Assembly: GCA_964106915.2 (NCBI GenBank)
Contig: OZ066914.1
DNA: 64,000 nt
Source of the DNA: Podarcis gaigeae
Lineage: Eukaryota
Strand: one strand, 5' to 3'
The notes beneath the pieces were generated by a model. That model was not told where the DNA came from and searched no databases. It was given only the letters and a program-made list of their open reading frames with translations. A program made the translations under genes and the position numbers. Below, one piece after another: positions 39,607 through 52,962 of this stretch (position 1 is the stretch's first letter; each line of letters begins with the position of its first letter).

Positions 39607-39965
39607 TAAAGGTAAAGGTACCCCTGCCCATACGGGCCAGTCTTGACAGACTCTGGGGTTGTGCGCCCATCTCACTTAAGAGGCCAGGGGCCAGCGCTGT
39701 CCGGAGACACTTCCGGGTCACGTGGCCAGCGTGACATTGCTGCTCTGGCGAGCCAGAGCCGCACACGGAGACGCCGTTTACCTTCCCGCCAGTAAGCGGT
39801 CCCTATTTATCTACTTGTACCCGGAGGTGCTTTCAAACTGCTAGGTTGGCAGGCGCTGGGACCGAGCAGTGGGAGCGCACCCCGCCGCAGGGATTCGAAC
39901 CGCCGACCTTTCGATTGGCAAGTCCTAGGCTCTGAGGCTTTAACCCACAGCGCCACCTGCGTCCC
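39607..39965 (-). mobile_element. Sauria SINE, full length, different subfamily from the 37.6 kb copy
   Basis: GGGACGCAGGTGGCGCTGTGG head on the minus strand, (ACCTTT)n tail; 19-bp TSD TTGCAAAGATTGTTAAAGG (39588-39606, 39966-39984). Confidence 0.93.
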
Positions 39966-41746
39966 TTGCAAAGATTGTTAAAGGGTTATAAATGCTTGAT
40001 GTGGATTTGACCCAGGTCATTCCAAAGTCTTCACTCCTCATCAACATCAATTCACCAGTGCTTAAACTTCTGCTAAGCAATTTACAAAGAATAATACAGG
40101 TATCTCTTTGTCATGCTTTTCCAAAGTGACTGGAATAATCTGACAAGTCCCAGGAGCCTATGGTGCAACTCCACACACACATACATACACATCCACACTC
40201 CACAACCAGTATTATCCCAAGTTTCAGAGGGGTGGTGCTGTGGTGGGGAAGGGCCAGAGCATGGGCTTCTCCCTACACAGCCTGGAGGTTGTCATTTTAT
40301 GCCAGAAGCACAGAAAAAGTCCAATGCTTCCACTGCAAGCGAAGAAATGGGGCCTAGAAGATGTGACACAAAATGGGGGGGAGGCAGTTCAAACAAAAGG
40401 CGAATGTATAAGAGTCTAGATATGTTCAAAATGGCAACTAATACAAGAGGTCAGTTCTGGCATGGAAGAGCTCAATGGCAGTTAATCCTCTGTAAAGTAG
40501 GATGCATGTTCACATGGTTAGGTCCTCAAAAAGCCATCCATTCAAAGTCTGCTTTACAGATAAAGAGCCTTAAAGAGGGGATAGCAATAGTAGGGCAAGT
40601 GCTTCATTTCTACTTAGCTGACAATAATGGTTTCTGAATTTGCATCTATGCCTATAGCTTGGCTTATGGAAATGTGTGTCCTCTTTTTTTGGTGATGCCT
40701 ATTGGGCCAGCCTATTGACACAGAATTGGCTAAGCGGCCTCTCCCTCTTCTGTGGACAGCTACTGTGCAAATAAATTACCTCACAGGTTCAGAACGCAAG
40801 TCTTTTTTAAACCAGATCAGATAGCTACATACATGCATCTAGTGAACATTTCTGGTGTGTGTGTGTGTAAATTTCTATTTCACAGCAGCATAGAACAATC
40901 AGAAGAGCGCTTGCTTCTTGTAAAAAAAAGCACAACAGAGGCAAGGATCAAAAGGACCCGGTTAAAATTTGGCTGCAGAATACAGTGTGATGAGGTGACA
41001 TCTACTGCCCTCAATTTAGCCAATTTCTTTGTTGTGTGCTGCCAAGCACTCAGCTTCTGTAAACAAACCACTCAGTGGGTGGAATGTCATCACTGATAAG
41101 CTTATCACCAGAGGTCTAATGGGCATGGGACATGAGCAGAGATCTTCCCACTGACACCTTAGTACCCTTCATAGGAAGGAGAGTCTATCCACATGCTGAA
41201 GAGGCAAGGATGCCACACCACTCAACCATGTGTTGAGTGCAGGGGTCTAGGAAAGGGAAATCTACATGCTCCATGTGTGGATGTCAGAGCAGGGCCAGAG
41301 AAACTGCATGGCTTGAGAGCAGTGGCACAGTTACACTGCTTCTTCGCCACCTTTGCATGAAGGGGGTTCCTGTCATGTTTACAATGTGCTTATCACATGC
41401 ATCAACATATTTACACATGGCATTAGAACACCAGATGGGTGTCATGCTAGCATGATCATGCCACATGGGTCAGTGGACACATAGTATGTGTCAACCCGAT
41501 GTGCCGTGCATGGAATGCTTACCTGGAAAAGCACAATGTATTTAGAGCTTTGTAAACCAAAACGTAACACTTTTTTAGCCTGGTTTGGATCATTAGGAAA
41601 ATAATTTAAAATAAGAACGGCCAATATTATAGGTTGCAGCCACACGTGGAATACAGTCTACAGTTCTGTTCGCCTCACCTCAAAAAGGATATTCAGAAAA
41701 AAGACCCTGGGGTTGAGGCAACTCCATTTTGCGGATAGGTTGTGTG

Positions 41747-41893
41747 GAATCACGGAGTCATGGAATTGGGAGGGGCCGCAAGAGTCATCTAGTCCAATTC
41801 CCTGCAATGCAGGAATCTTTTGCCCAATGTGGGGCTCAAACCCACGACCCTGAAGTTAAGAGTGTCATGCTTTACCAGCTGAGCTATCCCAGG
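41747..41893 (-). mobile_element. tRNA-Lys-derived SINE with CR1-type 3' tail
   Basis: Minus strand GGATAGCTCAGCTGGTAAAGCATGACACTCTTAA..GGGTCGTGGGTTTGAGCCCCAC followed by a TTGGACTAGATGAC CR1-like tail. Confidence 0.75.
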
Positions 41894-44800
41894 AAGGCTT
41901 TTGTAGAAAGAGGCAAATAAGGGGTGATACAATACAGGTGTATAAAACAATGCTTGGTTTGGGGAAAGTGGATGGAAAAATGTTGTTTTTTTCTCCCACT
42001 CTCATATCGCTAGAACTTGGGGACATTCAATGACACTGAATGGTGGGAGATTAAGAACTGACTTAGTTGGTCTCTAAGGTGCTACTGGAAGGAATTTTTT
42101 TTAATTTTGTTTTGACAAAAGGAAGCAATTCCTCACGCACTGCATAGCTTTTTTAAAATGCATTTTTATTAAAGATTTTCTTGGTTTACAAAGGTATGTG
42201 CAATGTCTCTCTCTCGGTTTTTTTTCCCCATGCACTGCATAGCTAAACGATGGAATTCGCTTGCACAAGAGCCAGAAATGGCCACCAATTTGGCCATCTT
42301 TTAAAGAGAATTAGGTAAATTCATGGACTATAAGGCCATCAGTGCTTACGGATCATGGAAGAAGGTATATTACTCTCCCCACGCCAGTTCCAGAGGCTAT
42401 GTGACTCTGAAGACCAGTTGCTAGGGAGTTGCTAGGGAGTGTCAAAGAGTGCTGTTGTGCTCATACCCTGCTTGCAGGCCTGGTCTAACTTGAAGGGCTC
42501 TGATGTTCTTACTGTGGGAAGCATATTGTTGAACAACTGCTAAACAAAATGGGTTTGCAGTTTGATCCATCAGTGGTGGTATTCATCCATAACTGTGTCT
42601 ATAGTATCCTCAAATATTGCATCAGTGGAGATTACATTTTCACCATGTTAGAAATAATAGCCTTTGCTGCTTCCTTATAGCCTAGGATGTTTACTTGGAA
42701 GGAAGGGCCACTTATTTTAATCGGACTTACTTCTGAGTAAACTTGCTTAGAATTTCAGACACCAGTCCCCTGAGAATTTGATCAAGAGATAATGCCTCTG
42801 TCTGGAGGTGGGTGGGGCGGAAGAAATCCTGGGAAACAGAACGTTCTGTCTATTACACAGAAAATTTATTTTTAACACTACATCGTGATACTCAATGACA
42901 GGTCATCAGAGGCAACAAAAGTCTGATGAGGATAAACTCATGAACTATGCTGGAAATACAATAAAAAAGTTAACAGCTCAATAAAGCCAAACTGTGGAAT
43001 GATCAAAGTCTGGCCAAAACTAAAGGAAAAATTGCACCATCACCATGTTTACAGCTTATGAATTAGGATACATAAAATCTCCTGGTGACTAACTGAGGCC
43101 ACTAATGGACAACGGTAAACAAAACAGGTCTTCCAGCTCTTATTTAAATACCTACCCAGTTATTTAGGGTTCAAAAACAGAAGCTGTTTATAAATTAACT
43201 TGCAACCAGATGAGTGATCCAATATCTGCCTGATGGATTTGAAGTACTGAATGAATCACTGACCATGTTCTGCTAATGAAGACCACTTTTAAGCAATGGA
43301 ATAGGAAATTTGGTTGCTAAGCAGTTGAAAACAGCCCTTTGAAGGGCAAGGTAAATTAAAAGCAACCAATATATGTCATAAAGCAATAGTAATCCAATTT
43401 CAATTACTAGCAGAAAAACATATTAGTACACAATAGTGGTTTTAACATGCGCATGTTAAAGCAGACCCCTGGCTTGAAGCACTAACTCAAAAAGTTTAAG
43501 TGAATTTACAAGGTAAGCCTATGCCTGTTTACACAGAAATATCTCAGTGAGACTTGTTCCCTAGCAAGTATGTTTAGGGTTGCAGCCGCAGAAGGATATT
43601 CTGAAGTTTTACTACAAACCCATTTCTTCACCAAAGCCTGAGATAGCACTTGGAGGCCCTACTGGAGGATTTTAAGGTTTGGGTAAGTATATGTGGGAGA
43701 AGATCTTTCCGGTTACCTGGTCCAAGCCTTTTAAGGTTTTAAAAGATAAAAATACTACTTGGCCAACTGCAGCTCTGCAGCTCAGCTGACAAAAACATAG
43801 GTGTAATGTGATTAAACTGCCCAGTACCAGTTTTGCTCTTTGGGGATTAATGCAGTTTCCTGACTGTTTTTAAAGGCAGCCCCATGTACAACACACTGCA
43901 TTAGTCTAAACAGGAAGTGAGGAAAGCATGGGTAATTGTGGCCAAGCTATTCTCGCCCAGGTAAGGTTGCAGCTGGCATATTAGACAAAGCTGACAAAAG
44001 TTCCTCATTCAGTTACTTACCTGCCTTCATCTAAAGGTCCCAGGGCAATTTACAATCGAAGACCATATACAGTTATAAAAACAGATAAAGCCGTTACAGT
44101 GATAAAATAAGCAAGCCCATTCCATATGGAATAGTAGAGTAGAAATCCAGTAAAAGAGATGGGGCCCATGAAACAGAAAATCATAATGGTCAAAGACCAG
44201 GATAAAGAGGTCCACTTTTAGCATATGGCAATTGCTACGCAGTGAAGATGTTAGCCGCACACCTGTGGGGAGGGAGCCTGACAGTTTAAGGGCTGCCACA
44301 AAATGCCCTCTCCTGAGTCACCAGTCTGATGAGCGAGCAATAAAGCATCATCCACATACTGCCAATGCCTCGGACAAATCTCTGGTTGAGCTATCCCAGT
44401 TGCTTCATGTAGATGTTAAAACAGCATGGGAGAAATAACAGAACCCAGCAGAATTCAAAAGCATGACAGTCAAGGGTCGAGCAGTAATCTCCCAGTGCCA
44501 TCTTTTGGAAACAGTCATTCAGACAGGAATGGAACTGCTGCCAGGCAATGCCTTCCACACCTAACCTATTCAGAAGGATTTCATGGCTGGTGGTGTCAAA
44601 AGCCATTGAGAAGTCCAGGAGAATCAACAAGGCAGCACTTCCTTACGCCAAGTCAGACAGTTGTCCCATCTAGCTCCTTACTGAAGCTCACTAAATGTGG
44701 CTCCCCAGGTTTCAGACAGGGGCCATTGTCAGCACTACCTGGAGATGTCAGGGATTGAACCAGGAACCTTCTGAATGCAAGGCAAATGCTCTACCACTGA

Positions 44801-45004
44801 GCTATCTATGGACCTTCCCCAACAGGTTCCCTGCCCCTGGTTCAAACAGCATCATTCTGTAGGGTATTGCTTGCAACATCATACAGGAGAGGAGGGAAGG
44901 TGAAGGGACTAGTGGGAGTAATGGGGAGATTTTCCACTAATGCACTACCCCTTTCCACTAAAGGGGTTGGGCTTTTAAAGAGACACACAGAGCTTCTAAC
45001 ATCA

Positions 45005-45249
45005 AGAAGAAGAAGAAGAAGAGTTTGGATTTGATATCCCGCCTTTCACTCCCTTTAAGGAGTCTCAAAGTGGCTAACTTTCCCTTCCTCCCCACAACAG
45101 ACACTCTGTGAGGTGAGTGGGGCTGAGAGACTTCAAAGAAGTGTGACTAGCCCAAGGTCACCCAGCAGCTGCATGTGGAGGAGCGGAGACGCGAACCCGG
45201 TTCCCCAGATTACGAGTCTACCACTCTTAACCACTACACCACACTGGCT
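45005..45249 (-). mobile_element. Squam3-like tRNA SINE with (CTT)n tail
   Basis: Same family as 17105, 56317 and 59158. Confidence 0.85.
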
Positions 45250-46251
45250 ATGCATGCTTACTTGGAATGTTTACGAAGTCATAAAGAGCAAAGGAAACTC
45301 CCTTGTACCGAATCAGTCTGCTTTGCTGAGCTAAATTGACCTATGGTCCTTCCAGGTGGCTCAACCCAAGGCAACCATGGACAGAAGCTGAATGTTCTCA
45401 GCTTCATGTATGTGCTATCCTGATACCCAATAAGCAAGTTTGGAGCAAATATTTGGTGATGCTACCAGTCTGGGTAATTAAATATTACTTTTATGAAATA
45501 CTGGCGTGGTTCAGCATACAAAGCAGGTTCCAAGGCTCTCATCGGTGCACAACACACTTGCCTGTTTTTCATGTTCATCAAAACAGAACTTTCAGAGGTG
45601 TTGCCTGTGCTTGAGCAAAGGCCACAGCATATCTGAAGTTTATCAGAAGAGGACTCTTTGCTTAGCTTCAGTAACACGTACACACAATCCCTGCCGCTGC
45701 AAAACAGTTGACCAGGCAAACTACACGGTTATGGAGCAATTTGGGAGTTGCTCCTGAGCAAACATTCATAAACTAGTTTCACAGGTATCCAAAGGATTTT
45801 GAATCCCAGCATTTTCCTCACCGGACAATGGCTGCATACAGACAGAAAGACAAATCACGCTTTGGCATTACATCTGAACACGAGTTAGGTTACAAAACAT
45901 GGTTTGTGAGGGGGTGGGTAAACCAGGGTGTGAGTTATAAACCATGGGGTTGGACTCATGTTTTCTGAACTGAACTAATGGAACCTTGTCAATCTGGATC
46001 TGGATGAACAGGCTTGTCAGTGACAGGCCCCTCTGTTAACCCTAATCAGAAATGGGGGGTGATGTAAGTGGGCTTTAAGGCAAATATTTTAAATAACAAA
46101 TAAATAAATGGGACCCAGTTTTAATTTAATGTGACCACTTCTCAAGGCATTATCTTCACTGTAACATACTGAATTAACAGTTATTCTTTCTGCCTAATTA
46201 ACCTTGGGAATGACAGCTGCATCCAGAAGTGGATGTAAGGATTTTAATATA

Positions 46252-46466
46252 CAGTGGTACCTTGGGTTACATACGCTTCAGGTTACAGACTCCGCTAACC
46301 CAGAAATATTACCTCGGGTTAAGAACTTTGCTTGAGGATGAAAACAGAAATCGTGCAGCGGCAGCAGGAGGCCCCATTAGCTAAAGTGGTGCTTCAGGTT
46401 AAGAACAGTTTCAGGTTAAGAACGGAACTCCAGAACGAATTAAGTTCTTTACCCGAGATACCATTG
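46252..46466. mobile_element. Tigger-like MITE
   Basis: TA flanks and family TIRs. Confidence 0.87.
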
Positions 46467-46972
46467 TAATTCTCCAAACCACTGCTAAAAAATAAAAAAA
46501 AAATTCATGAATTACTGTTGCCAGGATCCAGTGTTAATTTCTGGCTTCCCCATAATTATGTATTTGAGCCAATGAACTTATTTTGTACCACACTAGATGC
46601 TTAAGTCTCAGCCCCATCCAAATTCAAAGATTCACAACCTGTGCTAACTTTACAGGCATCTGTGTGGCTATTGCATGCGACCAACTTTGGTGTCGGGTGT
46701 CTTGAGCTACAGAGGACGGAATCCTCTGCCAGAATCTCTGAGATGCTGGAATTCATAACAGCAACTCAAAGGCATAGTGAACTGTGCTATAGGAACTGGC
46801 CTCCGCCCAATCTTCTAGCCTCTTGCATTATTTCAACTGCTCCAAGAAGGCAGCAGATCTAGCTCTCTAGGTCTCCACAGCTTTGCTCTCTGCTAAGATA
46901 GCAAGCAACAAATCAGGCTGCCCATTCTTTACTAAGATCAGACCAATTTAAAACAGATTAGTGCTATAAACC

Positions 46973-47445
46973 CCCTTCATGGATCACTGCCTTGCCGTGG
47001 CGAAGGGGCTTGAATAACTCAGAGAAGCTATGAACTATGCCGAGCAGGGCACACAAAATGAACAGGTCATAGTGGAGAGTTTGGACCAAACACAATCCAC
47101 CTGGAGGAGGAACCGGCAAGCCACTACAGTATCCCTGCCAAGAAAACTCCATGGACAAAGACAACTGGCATACAAAAGTTATGACGCTGGAAGATGAGCC
47201 CCTCAGGTCGGAAGGCGTCCAACATGCTACTGGGGAAGAGCGGAGGACAAGTACAAGTAGATTCAGAGCTGATGAAGCGGCTGGCCAAAGCCGAAAGGAT
47301 GCTCAGTTGCGGATATGCCTGGAAGCGAAAGGAAAGGCCAATGCTGTAAAGAAAAATATTGCATAGGAACCAAAGACAGAAGTGCCTGGCGTGCTTTGGT
47401 CCATGGGGTCACGAAGAGGCGGACATGACTAAACAAAAACAAAAA
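46973..47445 (+). mobile_element. Internally deleted (bipartite) BovB derivative
   Basis: BovB 5'UTR and ORF start (to ...CIGT) joined at ~47371 to the BovB 3' terminus (CCATGGGGTCACGAAGAG..GACTAAACAA); 13-bp TSD AGTGCTATAAACC. Confidence 0.85.
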
Positions 47446-48719
47446 AGTGCTATAAACCAGAGAGGTGGCAAACAGTTTGCTACACATGTGATTATTCTAA
47501 TCTGATTGGTAGAATCCCGTTTACTTGTATCGGGAAGATGTTCTATTAGCACAAACATGGCATAAAGAAAGTGCAGCTTCTAATACAAAACTGCAGACCG
47601 CAAAATAAATGTATATATAAAAAGATGATCTTGCCTAGGAATGGACATTTCCAGTTATGTGTTATGTGTTTGTTATGTGTTAATCTGCACCAACATTTTT
47701 ATTTCGTTTTCTTTCAAAACACCTCTTTCTAAATGCAGGTTGGCCCCAAATACACATTATTACATGCCTTATGGAATTTACTTTTTTATTATTTTGCCAA
47801 AAATTGCATCACAAAATCTGAGTGCGTTCTGAACTCCACGTTAAATTGGGAGGTGTGGATCAAGTCAGAACAGAATTTGCAGAGAATGAATTCCTCAAGC
47901 ACCTCTACCTACCTTTGAGTTCAATACTGCAATATACATGCTCCTCACATGACAGTGTTATTGTTTTATGCCACATAGTTTCAAAATCAGAACACCACAG
48001 GAAAAAACCTTTATGCAGATTCAGCCAACAATCCTCCAAGTGCATTTTGCTTCCTTTATGAGTAACAGAAGTATAACCTCAGCATTATAATCCTGCTGTA
48101 GTATCACCAATTTCCAGGAAAGACTAATCTAATATAACAAAGCAACCTGATGCCCTTCAGCTGTTTTGAACTGTAACACCCATCAGTCAGTGTTAAAAAA
48201 TCATATATATAATCTAATCACCAAATGTCACCTTAAACCTGGGTTATGGTCACCACAACAGAATGTCTAGGTGCCAATTTTTCCATTGATGGTGGTGGTT
48301 GTTATTCACTTTATTTCTATACGTACTGCTTTATATTTTAAAGAACAAATCTCAAAGCGGTTTACAAAACATTAAAACATCAAAATAAAACAATCCAGAA
48401 TAAAACAAATTCACACTTCAAGGAAAATATTTCAGATCCTTCTCGAAGTGACATTTTGCTTTCCCCAGTCACCAACCAGGGATCCAGAGATCTCCACATG
48501 GTCACAACTGGACCACAATTTTGAACACTGATCAGTCCCAGCTATGACTAGTGGGAGTTGTTGTCCAAAACATCTTAAAGGCACCAGGTTGGTTAAGGCA
48601 GTAGGACTCACTTCATTTCATCAAGCATATTTAGATGGAGGAAGACAGAAGGTAGGCTTGCACTCAGCTCTTCCCCATCTCTTTCTGTGTCTCTCTCAGT
48701 AAAGGAAGATGCCTTATAC

Positions 48720-48857
48720 CAGCGGTTCTCAACCTGTGAGTCCCCAGATGTTGTTGGACTACAACTCCCATCATCCCTGAGCTCTGGCCTTGGTAGCTAG
48801 GGGAGATGGGAGTTGTAGTCCAACAACATCTGGGGACCCACAGGTTGAGAAAGGCTG
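48720..48857. mobile_element. Palindromic hAT MITE with SPIN/URR1-like TIR
   Basis: TIR CAGCGGTTCTCAACCTGTG; 8-bp TSD CCTTATAC; GGACTACAACTCCCATC hairpin core. Confidence 0.88.
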
Positions 48858-51041
48858 CCTTATACTATGTCAGACCCCTGGCCCATCCAGTCCAATATTA
48901 TTTGGATGGCTGCAGCTTTCAAAGGAATAAGTCTTTCTTCTTAGCCTGCTACTTTTTTTGTTTTAGCTGGAGAAGCCAGGGATTGATTATTGGGTTCTAA
49001 CCAGTCAAAGCACGCACACACTGCCACTGTGCAATGGCCCCTCCATGCTTTAAGAAGCATCAAAACGAAAGGTTAGCATCATCAGCATCTCCAGTCTCCC
49101 ACACTGACCAGGTAAATCCTGCACAATGCAAAGAAAGCTTAAAGCAGATCCTTTATGGAACAGCACAGCAGGCAAATGGCTTTGGTGAAAACTGCTTGCT
49201 TGCAAGCAAATAGCGCCAGTCACACAAAACTATTATCAGGTTTTATCTCTAAAGGCAAGGGAAAACACACACTTCACAGTTTTCTATCAGCTTAAAACAT
49301 AGCATAGCTTAAAAACCCAACACCACCCCATCACACAAAAAGGCTCTCAAATGGAATCACCTCGTCTCAATTGTGAATGTTGGTTTCATTGGAAACATTT
49401 CCTCTCCTTACTGATGTTATGAATTCAGCCTCTCGAAAAATCTCTTACAGATGCTGTGCAGCATTGCTTTATATTAACGCTATTTTCTAGAGCCTGGTGG
49501 CATAGGAACATTAACCATCCTGTGGGTCTTTCCTCAGGAGCAAACCCCATTGAGCTTAATGGGACTTACTGTTAAGATAATCCTATACCTTATTCCATTG
49601 AGTTCAGCAGGGCTGACTTCCGTGTAGACTGCGAGAGGAGAGAGAGAGAAGGATCCCTTTCTGGATCTCAATACCTTCTTAACATAGCTTGAAGCCACAG
49701 AGAGCTATTTATTCTGCAACATATATAGAAGTAAAAGAAGCAGACTACACTTTGTGCTAACAGTTTGCCTTGACAGACCACCATAAGAGACGGGAGAACT
49801 GTAATGAACAACACTGAAAGGTGTTGAGCTGGCACACATTATTTAGGCATATAAATACATCTGTTTTTGATGTAATCTGTTCCAATACATCTATTTTTAG
49901 TGCAGTTTTCAATCTCACTTCTTCACATTTCTTCATACCTTTTGGGGCTGCTGGGGTGCTTTATTTTATTTTTATCAGAATTTTTTAAAAAAATTGTTAT
50001 TATCATCCTAGCAGAAGCGTGCAAGCAGCAGAACACCAGAGGTAATGGGGCAGCTCATCGGCCAGGAGTTCCCAATTGGTCTTGCTAATTCAGCGATTTA
50101 TCCCAAAATGGTTTATTCTTAATAGGAAGCTGGAGTCACATGCCCCCACTCTTAAAACACATTTAGTTCTCCTGGTTCCAATTGCACTTACTTCCAGAAT
50201 TGCATACCAGTTCAGGTTGGGATATGCCACCATCACCTGCTGGAGGACCTGCATGATTATGGGAGTTGTAGTCCAGGATGAAGGGAACTGTACTGCAGCA
50301 ACATCTCAAGGGCACCACATTGACTATCCCTGACTTAGGGGTGAGCGGCATCTATATGCTCTGTAATATACAAGTGTTACTACCTATCTCTCTAAAAAGT
50401 GGTCTAAAAGGGCTCTAAAAAGTCTTGGCTTCGGAAACCACTTATTTCACAGCTCAACATAACACAGGGGTCAAATGTCAGAGTGGAAGCATCAGAAGCT
50501 AATAATTAAGGCTGCCCCCCAACCCCCGGCCGATGAACATGAAATATTCATATGGCAATATTCAGTGCTGTTTTTCTAGAAAAAGAGGTGCCGGAACTCT
50601 CCATGAACGCCTCCCTCGTTCTCTTATAATGGCAATGGTGCACACCTGAGAGGTGCCAGAACTGAGTTCCGGCTGAACAAAAGATCTGGCGAGAGTCAGC
50701 ATTGGTCATACATTGGCGAGAGTCAGCATTGGTTGCATCCACTGAATTCACACCTAGAGTGTGACTTAATCGTACTTCACTTACAGTGGAGAATAACCAT
50801 TACCACACACCTTGGGGCTTGGACACTGAACCATGACTGGTGCATCACCCTTCATTTTTGGTCAGTTAAATTAAATAAAATATGGTGTGATCATAGCCGA
50901 TCCAGAAGCTGAACTTGGAACCCATTTAAGCTGAACCCATGTTTAAGGACAGATGTCCTATATTCTGTGGTAACTAATATCACAACAGAAGTACTCTGTA
51001 ATACATGCACACAAACACACCCATACACTACGTCCCATATA

Positions 51042-51571
51042 CCGTATTTTTCGCTCTATAGGACACACTCTTTCCCCTCCAAAAACTAAGGGGAAATGTG
51101 TGTGCGTCCTATGGAGCGAATGCAGGCTCCGTGGCTTCAGCGATAGCAACATGAAGCCTCTGAAGCGCAGCGGGAGCGCTCCCTCCTCACTCCGGAGGTT
51201 TTGTGTTGCTTTTGCTGAAGCCTGGAGAGCGAGAGGGGTCGGTGCACACCGACCCCTCTCGCTCTCCAGACTTCAGGGATAGCCACCTGAAGCCTTCGGA
51301 GCGCAGCGCGAGTTCCCACTGCGCTCCGCAGGCTTTGGGTTCCTTTTTCTGAAGCTATGAGAGCTAGACTCTCCTGGCTTCAGGAGAGAGGGAGAGCTGC
51401 TCAGCGCCCCTTCAGCCATGCGGGAGGAGAAATGGAAGGGGCTCCGTTTCTCCTGCCGCTTCGCTGAAGGGGTGCTGAGCAGAGAGGGGGAGAATTTTTT
51501 TTTCTTGTTCTCCCCCTCTAAAACAAGGTGCATCCTATGGTCCGGTGCGTGCTATAGAGCGAAAAATATGG
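51042..51571. mobile_element. Tc2/pogo-like non-autonomous DNA transposon with internal hairpins
   Basis: TA|CCGTATTTTTCGCTCTATAG ... CTATAGAGCGAAAAATATGG|TA. Confidence 0.85.
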
Positions 51572-52180
51572 TATTTGAATTGTTCACCAGTTTCATGTTG
51601 CTAGTCTCCCCCTGCTGGTTGGAATGTGAAACGTCAGGCTGAATGACAGGCTAACCAACTCCGCCTTTTTTTTCCTGAGGCAGCCATGGTCCAGAGGGTT
51701 GCCCCACACTCCAGCGTCTCAGTCATAATCTCATGGCCACAATGAAATCCAGCCACCCAAAGGCAGGGCAGCCCTCCGATTTCTATGCATCTTAATTCAC
51801 CCTACCATGAGGCAACACAAGATTCTACACAGGATTCCAGGCAGACCACAAACCACCTTGTTACTACCGAAAGGAAAAAGGAAACCCTCTCCTGTGACAA
51901 AGCAACAGTTAAAGCTGAAGCAAGAAATCAACAATAATTAAACATTAACAGCAAAATAAACACAGTATGAAAATGAAACACCCAGAGATGTCCTATCAAG
52001 TGTGCCTCTGCACAATCGCACTTCAAAGCTGCCCTCAGCAACGGTTCTTTGGAAGCCAATCGCGTTTTGGAGCAAGGAGCACTTCTTCATATAAAATCCC
52101 TCTGTGCTCAAGGCAGTAGGCAGAGAGCAATCGTAACCCCCACCCCAATTTGCAAAGGGGGTAGGATTCACGGCAGAGAC

Positions 52181-52314
52181 CACAGAACTGTAGAGTTGGA
52201 AGGGACCACGAGGCGAATCATGTCCAACTCCCTGCAGTGCAGGAATCTTTTGCCAAAGTGGGGCTCGATCCTGAGATTAAGAGTCTCATGCTGTACTGAC
52301 AGAGCTATCCTAGC
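52181..52314 (-). mobile_element. tRNA-Lys-derived SINE with CR1-type tail
   Basis: Same architecture as 41747-41893. Confidence 0.72.
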
Positions 52315-52737
52315 CAGCACACGACTCCAAAGGTCCCCACACTCAAAGCGGAAGTCAACCTCTGCATTTATATGTGTATGTGTGTGTGTGTGTGTGTGTG
52401 TGTATTCCTTGTGTTTACTGAGATTTTATATTAACTGTATGCTGCTTAGGTGTTTTAGAGGAGTCAGCAGTATATGATTACTTTTATAGATATTTATTTT
52501 ATAAATAAATAAAAAACACTGACTGTTGCATTAGCAGTGGCAGAACCCTAGTGCTTTATTTTTATGACTATGAATCAGGCTTTCCAAAGTTGGAGGCAGC
52601 CTCCTCCAGTTGTTGCTAGATTATGACTCCCATCATCCCTGACCGTTGGGCCACATTGGCTTGGGCTGACGGGAGGTAGAAATCAACCACACCTGTAAGG
52701 CGCCACACCTTGGGGAAGGTTGATGTAAATGCTAGTA

Positions 52738-52962
52738 CAGTGGTAACTCTGGTTACGTACTTAATTCGTTCCAGAGGTCCGTTCTTAACCTGAAACTGTT
52801 CTTAACCTGAAGCACCACTTTAGCTAATGGGGCCTCCGCTGCCGCCGCACCGCCGGAGCACAATTTCTGTTTTCATCCTGAAGCAAAGTTCTTAACCCGA
52901 GGTACTATTTCTGGGTTAGCGGAGTCTGTAACCTGAAGCGTATGTAACCCGAGGTACCACTG
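52738..52962. mobile_element. Tigger-like MITE
   Basis: TA flanks and family TIRs. Confidence 0.88.

Noticed and set aside
40113-40637. 174-aa plus-strand ORF
   Set aside because: No recognisable homology; antisense within intron 2; consistent with chance.
41820-41893. tRNA-Lys gene candidate (also 52255-52314 and a tRNA-like piece at ~44750-44805)
   Set aside because: Mutated stems and fusion to LINE-like tails indicate SINE heads, not functional tRNAs.
42922-42950. CTGATGAG hammerhead-like core (also ~26531, ~35525, ~44326)
   Set aside because: No stem II followed by GAAA and no stem I pairing.
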